From: Promethearchaeota archaeon
GTDB lineage: Archaea; Asgardarchaeota; Lokiarchaeia; Sigyniarchaeales; SOKP01
NCBI GenBank assembly: GCA_048937405.1
Contig: JBHLNF010000004.1
Location: forward strand, 128,001-192,000
Direction: 5' to 3'
DNA: 64,000 nt
Shown: positions 39,634-49,518 of the stretch, piece by piece
Position numbering within the stretch: position 1 is the stretch's first letter
Layout of the letters: the number at the start of each line of letters is the position of its first letter
Notes under the pieces: model-generated
The model's input: only the letters and a program-made list of their open reading frames with translations
What the model was told of the DNA's origin: nothing
The model's database searches: none
Made by a program: the position numbers and the translations under genes

Positions 39634-40761
39634 TTATTTTTTATATGCTTTTTCAAGGAATTCTAAATGAGAAATAGCTACATTTTTATCTATTGTTCCT
39701 TCTATACGTTTCTTTCGTATGTTTTCAATCATATATTCTGGATAAAATGTATGAACTACAATATCAGTTAGTAAGAATACCCATAAAGTATCCTTATTAT
39801 CACTTATTAATGTAATAATCTTATCTTTTTCTAGATCTTTTAAAAAACTCCCTATTTCATCTATTGATTGCCCAGGAGCTTTTGGAATCTTATTAAGAGG
39901 ATATGCTCTTTCTCTAAATAATGTGATAAAATCATAATTATCTGGATTCATGATAATTTGAGCAATTTTTAGATTATCTTCTGGAGTTGGTTTATAATCC
40001 TTAAAATAGTTTTTGACTTCATCAAGATATTTATACGCGAGTTCTGAAGTAGGAATATTTTTCTTTGCATCCTCAACTAATTTTATAGAAGGTGTTCTAA
40101 AAATTGTAAAATCAGAAAGAAGAAAAAGAGTTATATCAGTATTACCCTCAACCCAATCCTGAGTAATTAAGCCTGTTTTAACAAAAGGATCCAAAATAAA
40201 TTCAATATTGGTTACAATTTTATTTAGTTTATCTTCTATAGCTCCTTGTAGTTCTCTTCTAGATAATGGTCGTTCTTGTAAAGCTTCTAAAATAGTCCGA
40301 GCTTTTTCACTAGTATATATTTGTGCTAATCTCTGTTCTTTTGATAAATTTTTCAATCGATCTAATAATACTAATGTATTTTTAAGGTAAAGCCTTATCT
40401 TTTTTACAATCTCATAACTTTGCGATATATTGGTACTCAATTGCCTTAAGTAATTTAAGATATCGTTATTAATCTCCTTTATTACAGTTTCACCAAACAT
40501 CTCTGGATCCTCACCTAAGTCTAACATTAAATTTATCATTACGGGCATATCAGAGTCTAATCCTGTAAAATAACTTGAAACATTTGAGCGAGACTTTTCT
40601 AATCGGACTAATACATTCCCTGCGGCTCCCGCACCTGTAATGTGAGCATAGAAGATCCGCATCATATCATCTAAATCAATATTAAGATTTTCTGGATGAC
40701 TTAATTTAACTATTAATCCTTGATCCTCAGTCCATTCAGTTATAATAAATCCATGAGGCAC
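39634..40761 (-). CDS. Asgard-type longin-like N-domain plus winged-helix-like region
   Basis: GFIITEWTEDQGLIVKLSHP...SSYFTG...INLMLDLGEDP; GTG start with a GGAGGTGA SD, abutting the upstream stop. Confidence 0.65.
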   Translation of the reverse strand: MPHGFIITEWTEDQGLIVKLSHPENLNIDLDDMMRIFYAHITGAGAAGNVLVRLEKSRSNVSSYFTGLDSDMPVMINLMLDLGEDPEMFGETVIKEINNDILNYLRQLSTNISQSYEIVKKIRLYLKNTLVLLDRLKNLSKEQRLAQIYTSEKARTILEALQERPLSRRELQGAIEDKLNKIVTNIEFILDPFVKTGLITQDWVEGNTDITLFLLSDFTIFRTPSIKLVEDAKKNIPTSELAYKYLDEVKNYFKDYKPTPEDNLKIAQIIMNPDNYDFITLFRERAYPLNKIPKAPGQSIDEIGSFLKDLEKDKIITLISDNKDTLWVFLLTDIVVHTFYPEYMIENIRKKRIEGTIDKNVAISHLEFLEKAYKK

Positions 40762-43700
40762 TTAATTTTCACCTCCGTCCTTCGTTATTACTTTTTCAAT
40801 CTTATCCACTTGTTCAGGTTGAATCATTTCATATTCTACAGTTTTTATTTGTTTCTGAATCTCTTTACTGATAATCTCATCCCTTTTGTCTACTATTATA
40901 GGTTTAATCCGTTTTGATTTTTTTACTTTTTTCTTTAATTTTCTAATTTTTCTAACCATTGGAGGATATTTAAAATGTGTTTGATAGAGTGTAAAAAGCA
41001 CTACCAAACTGCCAATGGCTCCTATTAATGTATATACTAGCCAAGTTAAATCAGGACCAGGTTCAGTTGTAGGTTTAGTCACAATTAAAGTGATTTCCTT
41101 GGTTTCAAAATCATATTTTTCAATTCCAAAAGCAGTTATTATAATAGAATAAGTACCTTCAGGAACATTTTCTAAAATTCCTATATACGTACCATTATTG
41201 TAAAGATCAACTAGTTCTCCTTGACCAAATGCCCATTTATAAGTAACTGTTGTATTTAATATAGTACCTCCAAAGTCAATATCGATTAAAGTTATTTCTA
41301 ATATAGCATCATCTCCAGGTTTAGCACTTATTTGTGAAGTTACATTGATTAATGTGTGTATTTTGTTAATGGTAATAATTGGTTTTATTGTTTGAATTTT
41401 GAAATTAATGGAACGAGCTATAATTGAAAACAAATTTACCCCAAATTTTAACTCTGTGGTATCAATTTCGATATAATGTTGATGCAAAACATCATCTCTA
41501 GTTAAATTTACTGATATATCATCCCCTAATAATTGTACTACTGCATTTGGAACATATAATTCTGCTTGTGTCAAATATTTTACTGTTATATTTAATTTCT
41601 CACCTATTGTAAGATTAAAAACAGGATCAAGGGTTTTTTCTTCACTATTTAAAAACAATTGTAAGATAGTGTTTCTTTCAGTTACTTCAATAAAAAATTG
41701 AATTGATTTGGGTTGATAATTAGCTTTTTGCGCAAAAATGGTTAAACTAGAAATTCCTTGATTTAAATCTAATGCATCAATTGTTATGTTGTAATATTGA
41801 TTGTTTGTTTCATTAAGGGTATCCCAATTTATTAAACTGACTGTTGCATTAGGAAGGTGTACCTTGGTATTATTATCTCTGTAAAATATGGTGATATTAA
41901 TTTGATCATCAATCTCAACTTGTATTGTATCGCCATCACTCTTCAGATCACCATTTAAAAATAATAATAATTCTGTTTCTCTCTCAATTACTTCAATATA
42001 AAATCGAATTATTTGTGATTTATAATTATCTTTTTGAGCAAAAATGGTTAAAATAGTAATTGTTTGATCTAAATCTTTTGCATCAATTGTTATGTTGTAA
42101 TATTTATTGTTTGTTTCATTAAGGGTATCCCAATTTAGCAAATTGACTGTTGCATTAGGAAGATGTTGTTTTGTAATATTGTCTCTATAATAAACAGTAA
42201 TATTAATAGAATCAACAATTTCAACTTCTATTGAGTCTCCGTCGTTTTTCGGATCACCATTTAATAATAATAGTAATTCTGTTTCTCTGTCAAATATTTC
42301 AATGAAAAAGTTAATTGAATTAGTTGTATAATTTATCAACTGGGCAAATATAGTAAAAGGATTAATTCCTTGATCTAAGTCGTTAGTATTAATAGTTATG
42401 TTATAATATTGACCGTTCGTTTCATTTAATTGATCCCATCCCACTAAATCTACTGTTGCATCAGGAAGGTGTTGCTTTGTTTCATTATCTCGAAAATATA
42501 CTGTAACATTGACAGATTCATCAACCTGAGCATTGAATATTTCACCATCATCTGTTGGATTACCATTTAATAGTAATAATAGTTCTGTTTCTCTCTCAGT
42601 TACTTCAACAAAAAATTGAGTCTGATTAGTATCATAGAAAGTTTTTTGCGCCATTACAGATAAAACAGTTACACCAATTCCTAATTCATCTGTATTAATA
42701 GTAATATTATATTGTTCTAAAGAAGGATCTGGGTCAAATACACCACTCACTTTTCCTTCTAAATCAATATTTGCCGAAGGTATATAATCTCCTGTTAAAT
42801 TAGTATATTTTACTGTAATATTTAATTTTTCTCCTAAAGGTATACTAATAATGGGATCAGGATAATTAGACATATCCATACCATCTAAGAATAGTTTTAA
42901 CCTAGTCTCCATATTAGTTACATCCTCTATGTAAGTAATATTTAGATAAATATCATCTATTGAAAACTTTATAGTTCGGTTTAATCCAAAATTATCAGCT
43001 ATATAAAGTTCAATTGAAACATTAATATTCTCATCATTGTCAACTAAACGAATTAAACCTGTGACATCAAATCCATTATCAGATGCATTCTGAGGAGTGG
43101 TTTCTGCTGTCCATAATTTAACTGTTTCAGTGTGTTGAAATTCATTAATCCAAATTCTTATTTCTGAATTTGGGGATAACGATTTAGGGAAAGTATCATT
43201 CACTTGATATGTGAAATTAAGTTTTGCTTCGTTAATAACTAATGGATTAGTCGTAATATCACTAAATTTATCTCCTTTTTGATTCCAAGATACACTAGTA
43301 AGTTGATCTATTTTTTTCTCGTAAGTAAATGTTAAATTAATTGAATTAATAACTGCTCTGTCAAAATCATCATAATCAAAATCTGCGGCAATATTATCTT
43401 CACAGTTAAATCTAATACCAACAATTAATGTAAAATTTCTATAGTCTGTATCTAATACAGAAGATAGATAATAAATTAAATCTGCTTGGGAAACAGTAGA
43501 CATTAGCTGTTGAGCTAGAGTATCAGTACTTCCAGCATTTCCATAGCCTAAGGTATCTGATTGAGTGTATGCAATCTCATATGTTTTAGTTTTCTGGAGG
43601 TTTGAAATTGAGACGTAAAATCGAATATAATCTCCCACACTATAGGTATCAACAGCAGGACCACCACTTCTTGCAGTATTACTATCAATACCATCTCCAA

Positions 43701-44283
43701 CCGTATCAATATTAGTATCTACAGATGCATTTACTCCTGCTGAAACAGATGCGGATGTAATACTGTAATCTGACATATTTACTGATAATGAAAAATTGAG
43801 TTCCCACTGCACACTTGGCACTTGATTTGCATTATGATCATCCCAGGAATGTTCTGCTCTAAAACCTTCACCAGCAACATTGTTACTATAAGTGGGATAA
43901 ACTGGAAAATCTGGATGATTTGATTTTACCCAACTAGAATCCATATGATATTTTTCCTCAAATGTAAATCGATCCTCATAACCTAATAATTCATAATTTG
44001 CTTGTCCCCCACCTATATATGCATTAACATCATTTGGATCTCCTGATGTACCTTTTGATGAACTCCAATTTTCAGTAGAAGAAAAATCACCATTTGCAAT
44101 CCAATCTTTTGTATGTGTTACTTCACTTACTCCTGAATTATGTAGATCGGTAGTAGTATAATTCTTAACCAAAGCATTGTTTTTTAAATTCATTAAAGGA
44201 GTTTGCACAAATAAAGAACAAAACGTTAAAATAATAAGAATTAAACTTAATTTAGCTTTTTTCCATTTCATTTTAATGACCAT
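40762..44283 (-). CDS. Large cell-surface glycoprotein with Ig-like repeats and a C-terminal TM anchor
   Basis: Signal peptide, many NxT/S sequons, repeated beta-rich modules, TM WLVYTLIGAIGSLVVLFTLY and a basic cytoplasmic tail. Confidence 0.85.
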   Translation of the reverse strand: MVIKMKWKKAKLSLILIILTFCSLFVQTPLMNLKNNALVKNYTTTDLHNSGVSEVTHTKDWIANGDFSSTENWSSSKGTSGDPNDVNAYIGGGQANYELLGYEDRFTFEEKYHMDSSWVKSNHPDFPVYPTYSNNVAGEGFRAEHSWDDHNANQVPSVQWELNFSLSVNMSDYSITSASVSAGVNASVDTNIDTVGDGIDSNTARSGGPAVDTYSVGDYIRFYVSISNLQKTKTYEIAYTQSDTLGYGNAGSTDTLAQQLMSTVSQADLIYYLSSVLDTDYRNFTLIVGIRFNCEDNIAADFDYDDFDRAVINSINLTFTYEKKIDQLTSVSWNQKGDKFSDITTNPLVINEAKLNFTYQVNDTFPKSLSPNSEIRIWINEFQHTETVKLWTAETTPQNASDNGFDVTGLIRLVDNDENINVSIELYIADNFGLNRTIKFSIDDIYLNITYIEDVTNMETRLKLFLDGMDMSNYPDPIISIPLGEKLNITVKYTNLTGDYIPSANIDLEGKVSGVFDPDPSLEQYNITINTDELGIGVTVLSVMAQKTFYDTNQTQFFVEVTERETELLLLLNGNPTDDGEIFNAQVDESVNVTVYFRDNETKQHLPDATVDLVGWDQLNETNGQYYNITINTNDLDQGINPFTIFAQLINYTTNSINFFIEIFDRETELLLLLNGDPKNDGDSIEVEIVDSINITVYYRDNITKQHLPNATVNLLNWDTLNETNNKYYNITIDAKDLDQTITILTIFAQKDNYKSQIIRFYIEVIERETELLLFLNGDLKSDGDTIQVEIDDQINITIFYRDNNTKVHLPNATVSLINWDTLNETNNQYYNITIDALDLNQGISSLTIFAQKANYQPKSIQFFIEVTERNTILQLFLNSEEKTLDPVFNLTIGEKLNITVKYLTQAELYVPNAVVQLLGDDISVNLTRDDVLHQHYIEIDTTELKFGVNLFSIIARSINFKIQTIKPIITINKIHTLINVTSQISAKPGDDAILEITLIDIDFGGTILNTTVTYKWAFGQGELVDLYNNGTYIGILENVPEGTYSIIITAFGIEKYDFETKEITLIVTKPTTEPGPDLTWLVYTLIGAIGSLVVLFTLYQTHFKYPPMVRKIRKLKKKVKKSKRIKPIIVDKRDEIISKEIQKQIKTVEYEMIQPEQVDKIEKVITKDGGEN
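41680..42600. repeat. Three ~306-bp (102-aa) internal domain repeats
   Basis: ERETELLL anchors at ~42583, ~42277 and ~41971 with 306-bp spacing; conserved HLPxATV and WDxLNETN..YYNITI. Confidence 0.85.
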
Positions 44284-44433
44284 ATAAATTAATATTTAGT
44301 TTTATAAATTAAGAATATAGAATATAGCTTCGATAAATACAGAATAATAATAGTAATTCTTTAATATAAAATATTATATTTTTAAAAAATAAATATCTGA
44401 AATACTCAAGTGATATAAAGGAGATTTTTTTTT

Positions 44434-45237
44434 TTAAAAGATAGATTTTGAAAAACCGCCATCTACTTGGATAACAGTTCCCGTTATATAACTAGCCTTT
44501 TCTGAGGATAGAAATACTACTAAATTAGCAAATTCCTCTGGTTTCCCTAATCGTCCTAGTGGAATAGGCTCTATCCAAGTTTTCTCAACTTCTGAATAAG
44601 TCTGTCCAGTATCTTTAACTGTTGTAGTGATTAACTCTTTCATACGATCTGTAAGTGTTGGACCAGGACAGACAACATTCACTAAAATATTATCCTTTCC
44701 ATATTCATTAGCAAGAGTTTTTGCAAACCCTACAACACCCAATCTTGTTGTATTTGATAAAACTAGATTATTTAAAGGTTCTTTAACGGAAACTGAAGTA
44801 ATTGCGATAATCCTACCCCCATTTTGTTTCTTCATTATTGGAATGACCATATAAGTTATATAAATAAAAGAACGGAGGTTTAAATCAATCGAATTTGACC
44901 ATTCATCTTTAGAAATTATATCAATGGGTCCTGAAGGAGGACCACCAGCATTGTGTACTAAAATATCAATTCTCCCAAATTCTTCTAATGTTTTATCTAC
45001 AAGAATTTTTATCTGATCTTCATACATTAAATCAGTAACAATGTAATAAACTTTATTATTCAAGGCAACTGAATAAGAATTTTCTATTTTTTCCTTTGCA
45101 ATCTTTAAATTTTCTTCAGAACGACTACAAATTACCACATTAGCGCCTTCTTGATATAATCCTTTAGCACATGCAAAACCTAATCCTTTACTCGACGCTA
45201 AAACAAGAGCTACTTTTTTTTCTAACCCTAAATTCAT
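44434..45237 (-). CDS. Short-chain dehydrogenase/reductase (3-oxoacyl-ACP reductase-like)
   Basis: ASSKGLG, HNAGGPP, LSNTTR (atypical S-x3-R), IPLGRLG and YITG..IQVDGG. Confidence 0.92.
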   Translation of the reverse strand: MNLGLEKKVALVLASSKGLGFACAKGLYQEGANVVICSRSEENLKIAKEKIENSYSVALNNKVYYIVTDLMYEDQIKILVDKTLEEFGRIDILVHNAGGPPSGPIDIISKDEWSNSIDLNLRSFIYITYMVIPIMKKQNGGRIIAITSVSVKEPLNNLVLSNTTRLGVVGFAKTLANEYGKDNILVNVVCPGPTLTDRMKELITTTVKDTGQTYSEVEKTWIEPIPLGRLGKPEEFANLVVFLSSEKASYITGTVIQVDGGFSKSIF

Positions 45238-45255
45238 AATTATTGTCCCTTTTAT

Positions 45256-45423
45256 TTACTTGATTTTCAAATTATTACTGAACAAACCACATTTACGAAA
45301 ATAGTGATTACATCTAATACAATTTTCCGCGTCCAAGCAGTCTTTCGCTATTGGACAAATTATATTATTTTTGTCTAATTTTATCATTACTCGGTGTAAT
45401 CGTTTTTCTATATTATTTCGCAT
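45256..45423 (-). CDS. 55-aa Cys-rich small protein (below the ORF-track cutoff)
   Basis: MRNNIEKRLHRVMIKLDKNNIICPIAKDCLDAENCIRCNHYFRKCGLFSNNLKIK; stops 18 nt before the SDR start. Confidence 0.6.
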   Translation of the reverse strand: MRNNIEKRLHRVMIKLDKNNIICPIAKDCLDAENCIRCNHYFRKCGLFSNNLKIK

Positions 45424-45611
45424 TGAAATAAACCTTTCTTAAAATTCACTAATTATAATTATTCATACAAAAAATAATAATTTCCTTATTTTCCTATGAA
45501 AGATTTTAAAAGGATAATTTTATAAATTCAAATAGTTATAATAGTTTTAAAGATTGAAGAATATATTATTAAATAAAGAAATAAAATTCTAAAATTTTAT
45601 AGAAAAGGTGT

Positions 45612-46073
45612 ATGAGCATTAGTATTGACACAAAAAGTTTCGACAATATTCTCAGCAAGATTATAAAGAGCGAAAGTGGTATTAAAAAAGTTATTTTGGT
45701 TGATAGAACAGGATTAACTATTGCTAGTGTCTCGAAGTTTTCCTATTTCCCCGCTGATGTAGATGGTATTGGAGCAATTGCCAGTGCAGTATTTTGTGCA
45801 TCAGAAGAACAAGGAAAAAATCTAGAACTTGGAAATTTAGAGATTGTAACTTCCGAATTTAGTGGGGGAAAAATCTTTGCTTCAAGCTGTGGACCTAAAG
45901 GAGTACTCACACTCATCTCAGATCCTGACATCAACATTGGTTTAATTAGACTCATATTGAAAAGGTCGGGAGATGAATTAAAGGATATATTGGATGAATT
46001 CCTATCAGAAACTGTAGAAGTTATGGATAGTGGTTTGGATCTATCTGATCTTGACTCTTTGACACCTGATTAG
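45612..46073 (+). CDS. Roadblock/LC7 (MglB/Ragulator-like) protein
   Basis: VILVDRTGLTIAS...IGAIASA...LG.L....EF..GKIF....G..GVL.LI.D..INIGLIR; acidic tail. Confidence 0.93.
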   Translation: MSISIDTKSFDNILSKIIKSESGIKKVILVDRTGLTIASVSKFSYFPADVDGIGAIASAVFCASEEQGKNLELGNLEIVTSEFSGGKIFASSCGPKGVLTLISDPDINIGLIRLILKRSGDELKDILDEFLSETVEVMDSGLDLSDLDSLTPD

Positions 46074-46354
46074 GAAGTACAAAAATTTAATTTTTCTTTA
46101 CTAATCTTCTTTAAAGAATTTAGATTCATCCTTAAATCATATTTATCGAAAAACAATATTTATCATTTTTTAGTATAATTCATTTAAATCATTAAGCAAA
46201 AGTTGAATATATAAAAAGTTCAGTTTTAAATCTTAAAAAAATTTAAATATATATTTATCTGTTTAAAAATTAAATTAGAATTTCTAATATATAGCGAGAT
46301 CACATACAAAAATAACTCTATTGTTATATATAAGAAAAATGGGATGAAATTCAA

Positions 46355-47314
46355 TTGGAAGAATCTCAGATCTTTTATAAAAAGAAGAAAGAGTCTAAAT
46401 ATGGACCATATAAGATTTTATTTACAGGATTAGATGGGGCGGGAAAAACAAGCATAATTTTAACTCTTGGAAGACAATTATCAAAAATAAGTAAAATTGA
46501 ACCAACTAAAGGGGCGCAAAGAACAAGTTTTAACTTATTAGGAAGAGAAATAAGTGAATGGGACTTAGGAGGGCAAAAGAGTTATCTTATTTCATACTTA
46601 AAAAGACCTAGTAAATTCTTTGATAAAACAGAAATTGCGATATATGTGATAGATATATTAGATGATTCTCGAATAATTGAATCTATAAGCTATTTATATG
46701 ATGTTATTAAGAAGTTTAAAGAATTGAAAATCTCTCCTCCCCTCAATATATTTTTCCATAAATATGATCCTCAATTAATAAATAACCTAACACTCAAAAA
46801 TCAAATCGACGAAGTAATGAAAGAAATACAGGAAACCGTAGAATATAAAAACATTTTTTTCTTTCACACATCTATATATGATCCTTATACACTAATGAGT
46901 ACTTTCTCTAAAATTTTATTAGAATTATATCCAAAATCAGAGTTAATTCAAAATACTATTGAAGAATTTGCAAAAAAATTAGATTGTGATGGATTAATTA
47001 TAATAGATAAAAATTCAATTATTTTGGGTTCCCATTTTAAAGATGATGATTCCAAAGAAATATTAAGTAAAACTATTGCTTATTTTCTAACTCTAAATGA
47101 TGTATTTGTTGAGATGAATTTAGAAGAACAGAAAGATCAGATAATAGTTAGAAAATCACAAAATCACTTTTTATTCAAACCAATTATATTCCAAGAAGAT
47201 AAGATATCATATTATATGCTTATCCTGAAAAGACATAATGCCTTCGATCTTTATTTCATGAATAAAGATTTTTCTGCATTTGCTAATGTTTTCAAGGATA
47301 TCATTTTAAATTGA
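46355..47314 (+). CDS. Rag/Gtr-like (Arf-related) small GTPase with a C-terminal roadblock/longin-like domain
   Basis: GLDGAGKTS, WDLGGQ, HKYD and TSIYD; C-terminal LIIIDKNSIILGS. Confidence 0.88.
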   Translation: MEESQIFYKKKKESKYGPYKILFTGLDGAGKTSIILTLGRQLSKISKIEPTKGAQRTSFNLLGREISEWDLGGQKSYLISYLKRPSKFFDKTEIAIYVIDILDDSRIIESISYLYDVIKKFKELKISPPLNIFFHKYDPQLINNLTLKNQIDEVMKEIQETVEYKNIFFFHTSIYDPYTLMSTFSKILLELYPKSELIQNTIEEFAKKLDCDGLIIIDKNSIILGSHFKDDDSKEILSKTIAYFLTLNDVFVEMNLEEQKDQIIVRKSQNHFLFKPIIFQEDKISYYMLILKRHNAFDLYFMNKDFSAFANVFKDIILN

Positions 47315-47377
47315 AATTTTGAGTTTGAAATATAAATATTAATAAAATTTATCAACAACTACAATCTAAAGAAATTT

Positions 47378-48328
47378 ATGTCATTTGATTTTGTAAAAAA
47401 ATTAGATTTTGAATCGGAATTTTTCAATCTTTATAAAATTTCAGAAAGTGCATATGCTGCAATTTGTAAAGATTTCAATTCTCCTATGAGATCGAATGCG
47501 GGTTTTATAGATATCGAAGATTACTTGATAATTGTTGATACTACTTTAAGTGTAGAAGCAGCTAAAGATCTTATAAAAGCAGCTACTCAATTTACTCAAA
47601 AAGAACCGAATTTTATTGTTATAACTCATTTTCATTTAGATCATATAATGGGAAATTCGCTATTTAATGTATCAACACAAATAATGACATCAGATCGAAC
47701 TCTCAAAAATCTTCAAACAGAAGGCAGAAAAAGAGTCGAAGATATAAAGAAGATGGATCTTCAAAAACTTGAATCCTCTCTTAATAAAATTACAGATGAG
47801 TTACAAAGAAGAAGGGCGGAATTTGAATTATCTATTGCAAAAACTATTCAGTCAGAGGGTTTTTGGATTCGAGAACCAAATATAACTTTTAAAACAGGTT
47901 GTGTTATTCATGGAAATAATAAGAATGTTCACTTAAGAACGTATCAGAAAGCACATACAGATGGAGATGTTATAGTATATATTCCTGAGGAAAAAGTACT
48001 TTTTACTGGAGATCTTTTGTTTGCGAGGTCTGATCCTTGGCTAGGTTCCGGAGATCCTGAAGGGTGGATTTCCTTAATTGAGGAGTTACTCGAAATAGAT
48101 TTTAAGATTGCTGTACCCGGACATGGAGATTTAGCAACCAAGGAAGAATTTTCTCTTCAAAGTAAGTACATTAGGGAGATCCTTGATTTAGTGAAAAAAA
48201 AGATTGATGCTGGAGAAGATCCAACTAAGATAAAAAAAGAGGATTTCTCTGAGGAAATACGACCATTGGTAAGCCCAATGTTTGGACGGAATATCGATTT
48301 CCTTGCGGAATTTTTAAAAAAATCCTAG
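47378..48328 (+). CDS. Metallo-beta-lactamase fold hydrolase (cyclase-like)
   Basis: SNAG, THFHLDHIMGN, AHTDGD, FTGDL and VPGHG. Confidence 0.92.
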   Translation: MSFDFVKKLDFESEFFNLYKISESAYAAICKDFNSPMRSNAGFIDIEDYLIIVDTTLSVEAAKDLIKAATQFTQKEPNFIVITHFHLDHIMGNSLFNVSTQIMTSDRTLKNLQTEGRKRVEDIKKMDLQKLESSLNKITDELQRRRAEFELSIAKTIQSEGFWIREPNITFKTGCVIHGNNKNVHLRTYQKAHTDGDVIVYIPEEKVLFTGDLLFARSDPWLGSGDPEGWISLIEELLEIDFKIAVPGHGDLATKEEFSLQSKYIREILDLVKKKIDAGEDPTKIKKEDFSEEIRPLVSPMFGRNIDFLAEFLKKS

Positions 48329-48357
48329 TTTTTATTAATGTTAAATTGGAATTTCTG

Positions 48358-49404
48358 TTAAAAGGGTTTAGTTCCCTTTACAATTTTATAATAGCGATCT
48401 CGTTCTTCTCGTATAATCTTAAGATTATTTTGCAAATCTGTTAATAATTGTTTCATATTATCTTTTTCGTTAGTTAATCCCAATATTTTATCATTTAATC
48501 TTTTTATCTCAAGTTCTAATTCTGGAATTGTTCCACTCTCTCTTTTTGCTTTTAATTCTTGGAATTTTAAATTTTTATTAGTTTCCTTTAAATTTTCAAT
48601 TTCTTGCTTTAAAATCTCATTTTCCATTTTTATCCGTTGAATTTCCGATAATAATTGCTCAGCGCCTTTTTCAATTTCTATTGTATCACCTAATTTCGCT
48701 TTTAAATTATTGATTCTTTCATCTTTTTGTTCTAACGCCATTTTTTGTACATTTGTTAATCTAGTTAATTCTCTGTTTTTTGAAGTTAAGGTTGCATTAT
48801 ACTCATTTAAATCTGACATTTGGGTACTCCAATTTTCTAGTTTTGAGTATAATTCGGTAACTTCGCTTTTTAAAGCTTCTACATTTCGAAGATGCTCTGT
48901 TCTATCAGACACTAATAAAGATACTTTTTGAGCAAGATCATTTATTCTTTCTTTCTTTTCTCCTATATCTTGTTCAAGTTCTTCTCTTTCTTGCCAGTAT
49001 GCGTCGAGTTCACCTTTCTCTAATAATTCGAAGGATCTGCCAAATAACTCCTTAAATTTTTTTTCTTTTCTTTTAGGTAATAGTTCAAAAGCTATCCTTC
49101 TTACTTGTCCCTCAAAATTTCTTGGAAGGACATCTTCATCAGAAAGAAATACTGTAATTACATGATCCCCTTTCCCAATAAAATGTTTAGAGGAATGACC
49201 TGTAAAAAAACTCGCAACACTAAGATCACGTTTGATTTGCATTTCAAGATAATTTGGACCTGTTCTAACTCTTTTATGCTCATCAAAAACAGTTTCTAAC
49301 ATTGATTCTGTTACTCCTAATTCTTCACTTATATTTGGGGGATATTCAATATCTATGAAGAGCTCTGATTTTTTATCAAGATTTAGAATCACAATTCCTT
49401 TCAA
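48358..49404 (-). CDS. Longin-like N-domain plus long coiled coil
   Basis: GIVILNLD...IEYP...VASFFTG...VITVFL followed by ~200 aa of heptad repeats. Confidence 0.65.
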   Translation of the reverse strand: MKGIVILNLDKKSELFIDIEYPPNISEELGVTESMLETVFDEHKRVRTGPNYLEMQIKRDLSVASFFTGHSSKHFIGKGDHVITVFLSDEDVLPRNFEGQVRRIAFELLPKRKEKKFKELFGRSFELLEKGELDAYWQEREELEQDIGEKKERINDLAQKVSLLVSDRTEHLRNVEALKSEVTELYSKLENWSTQMSDLNEYNATLTSKNRELTRLTNVQKMALEQKDERINNLKAKLGDTIEIEKGAEQLLSEIQRIKMENEILKQEIENLKETNKNLKFQELKAKRESGTIPELELEIKRLNDKILGLTNEKDNMKQLLTDLQNNLKIIREERDRYYKIVKGTKPF

Positions 49405-49518
49405 GGTGTAAACCTATGATCTATTACTTTATTTTAATAGATATTTACAATAATAATATGTTCTTTTATATTATTTAAGATTAAAGATGGGATAACATCT
49501 TCAGTAATTATTCAAAAT

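Noticed and set aside
48203-48222. 20-nt identity (ATTGATGCTGGAGAAGATCC, encoding IDAGEDP) with 52876-52895 in the corrinoid gene
   Set aside because: Both families commonly have a similar helix-G-x-D/S-P turn and codon bias is strong. The similarity does not extend, so convergence is more likely than recombination.
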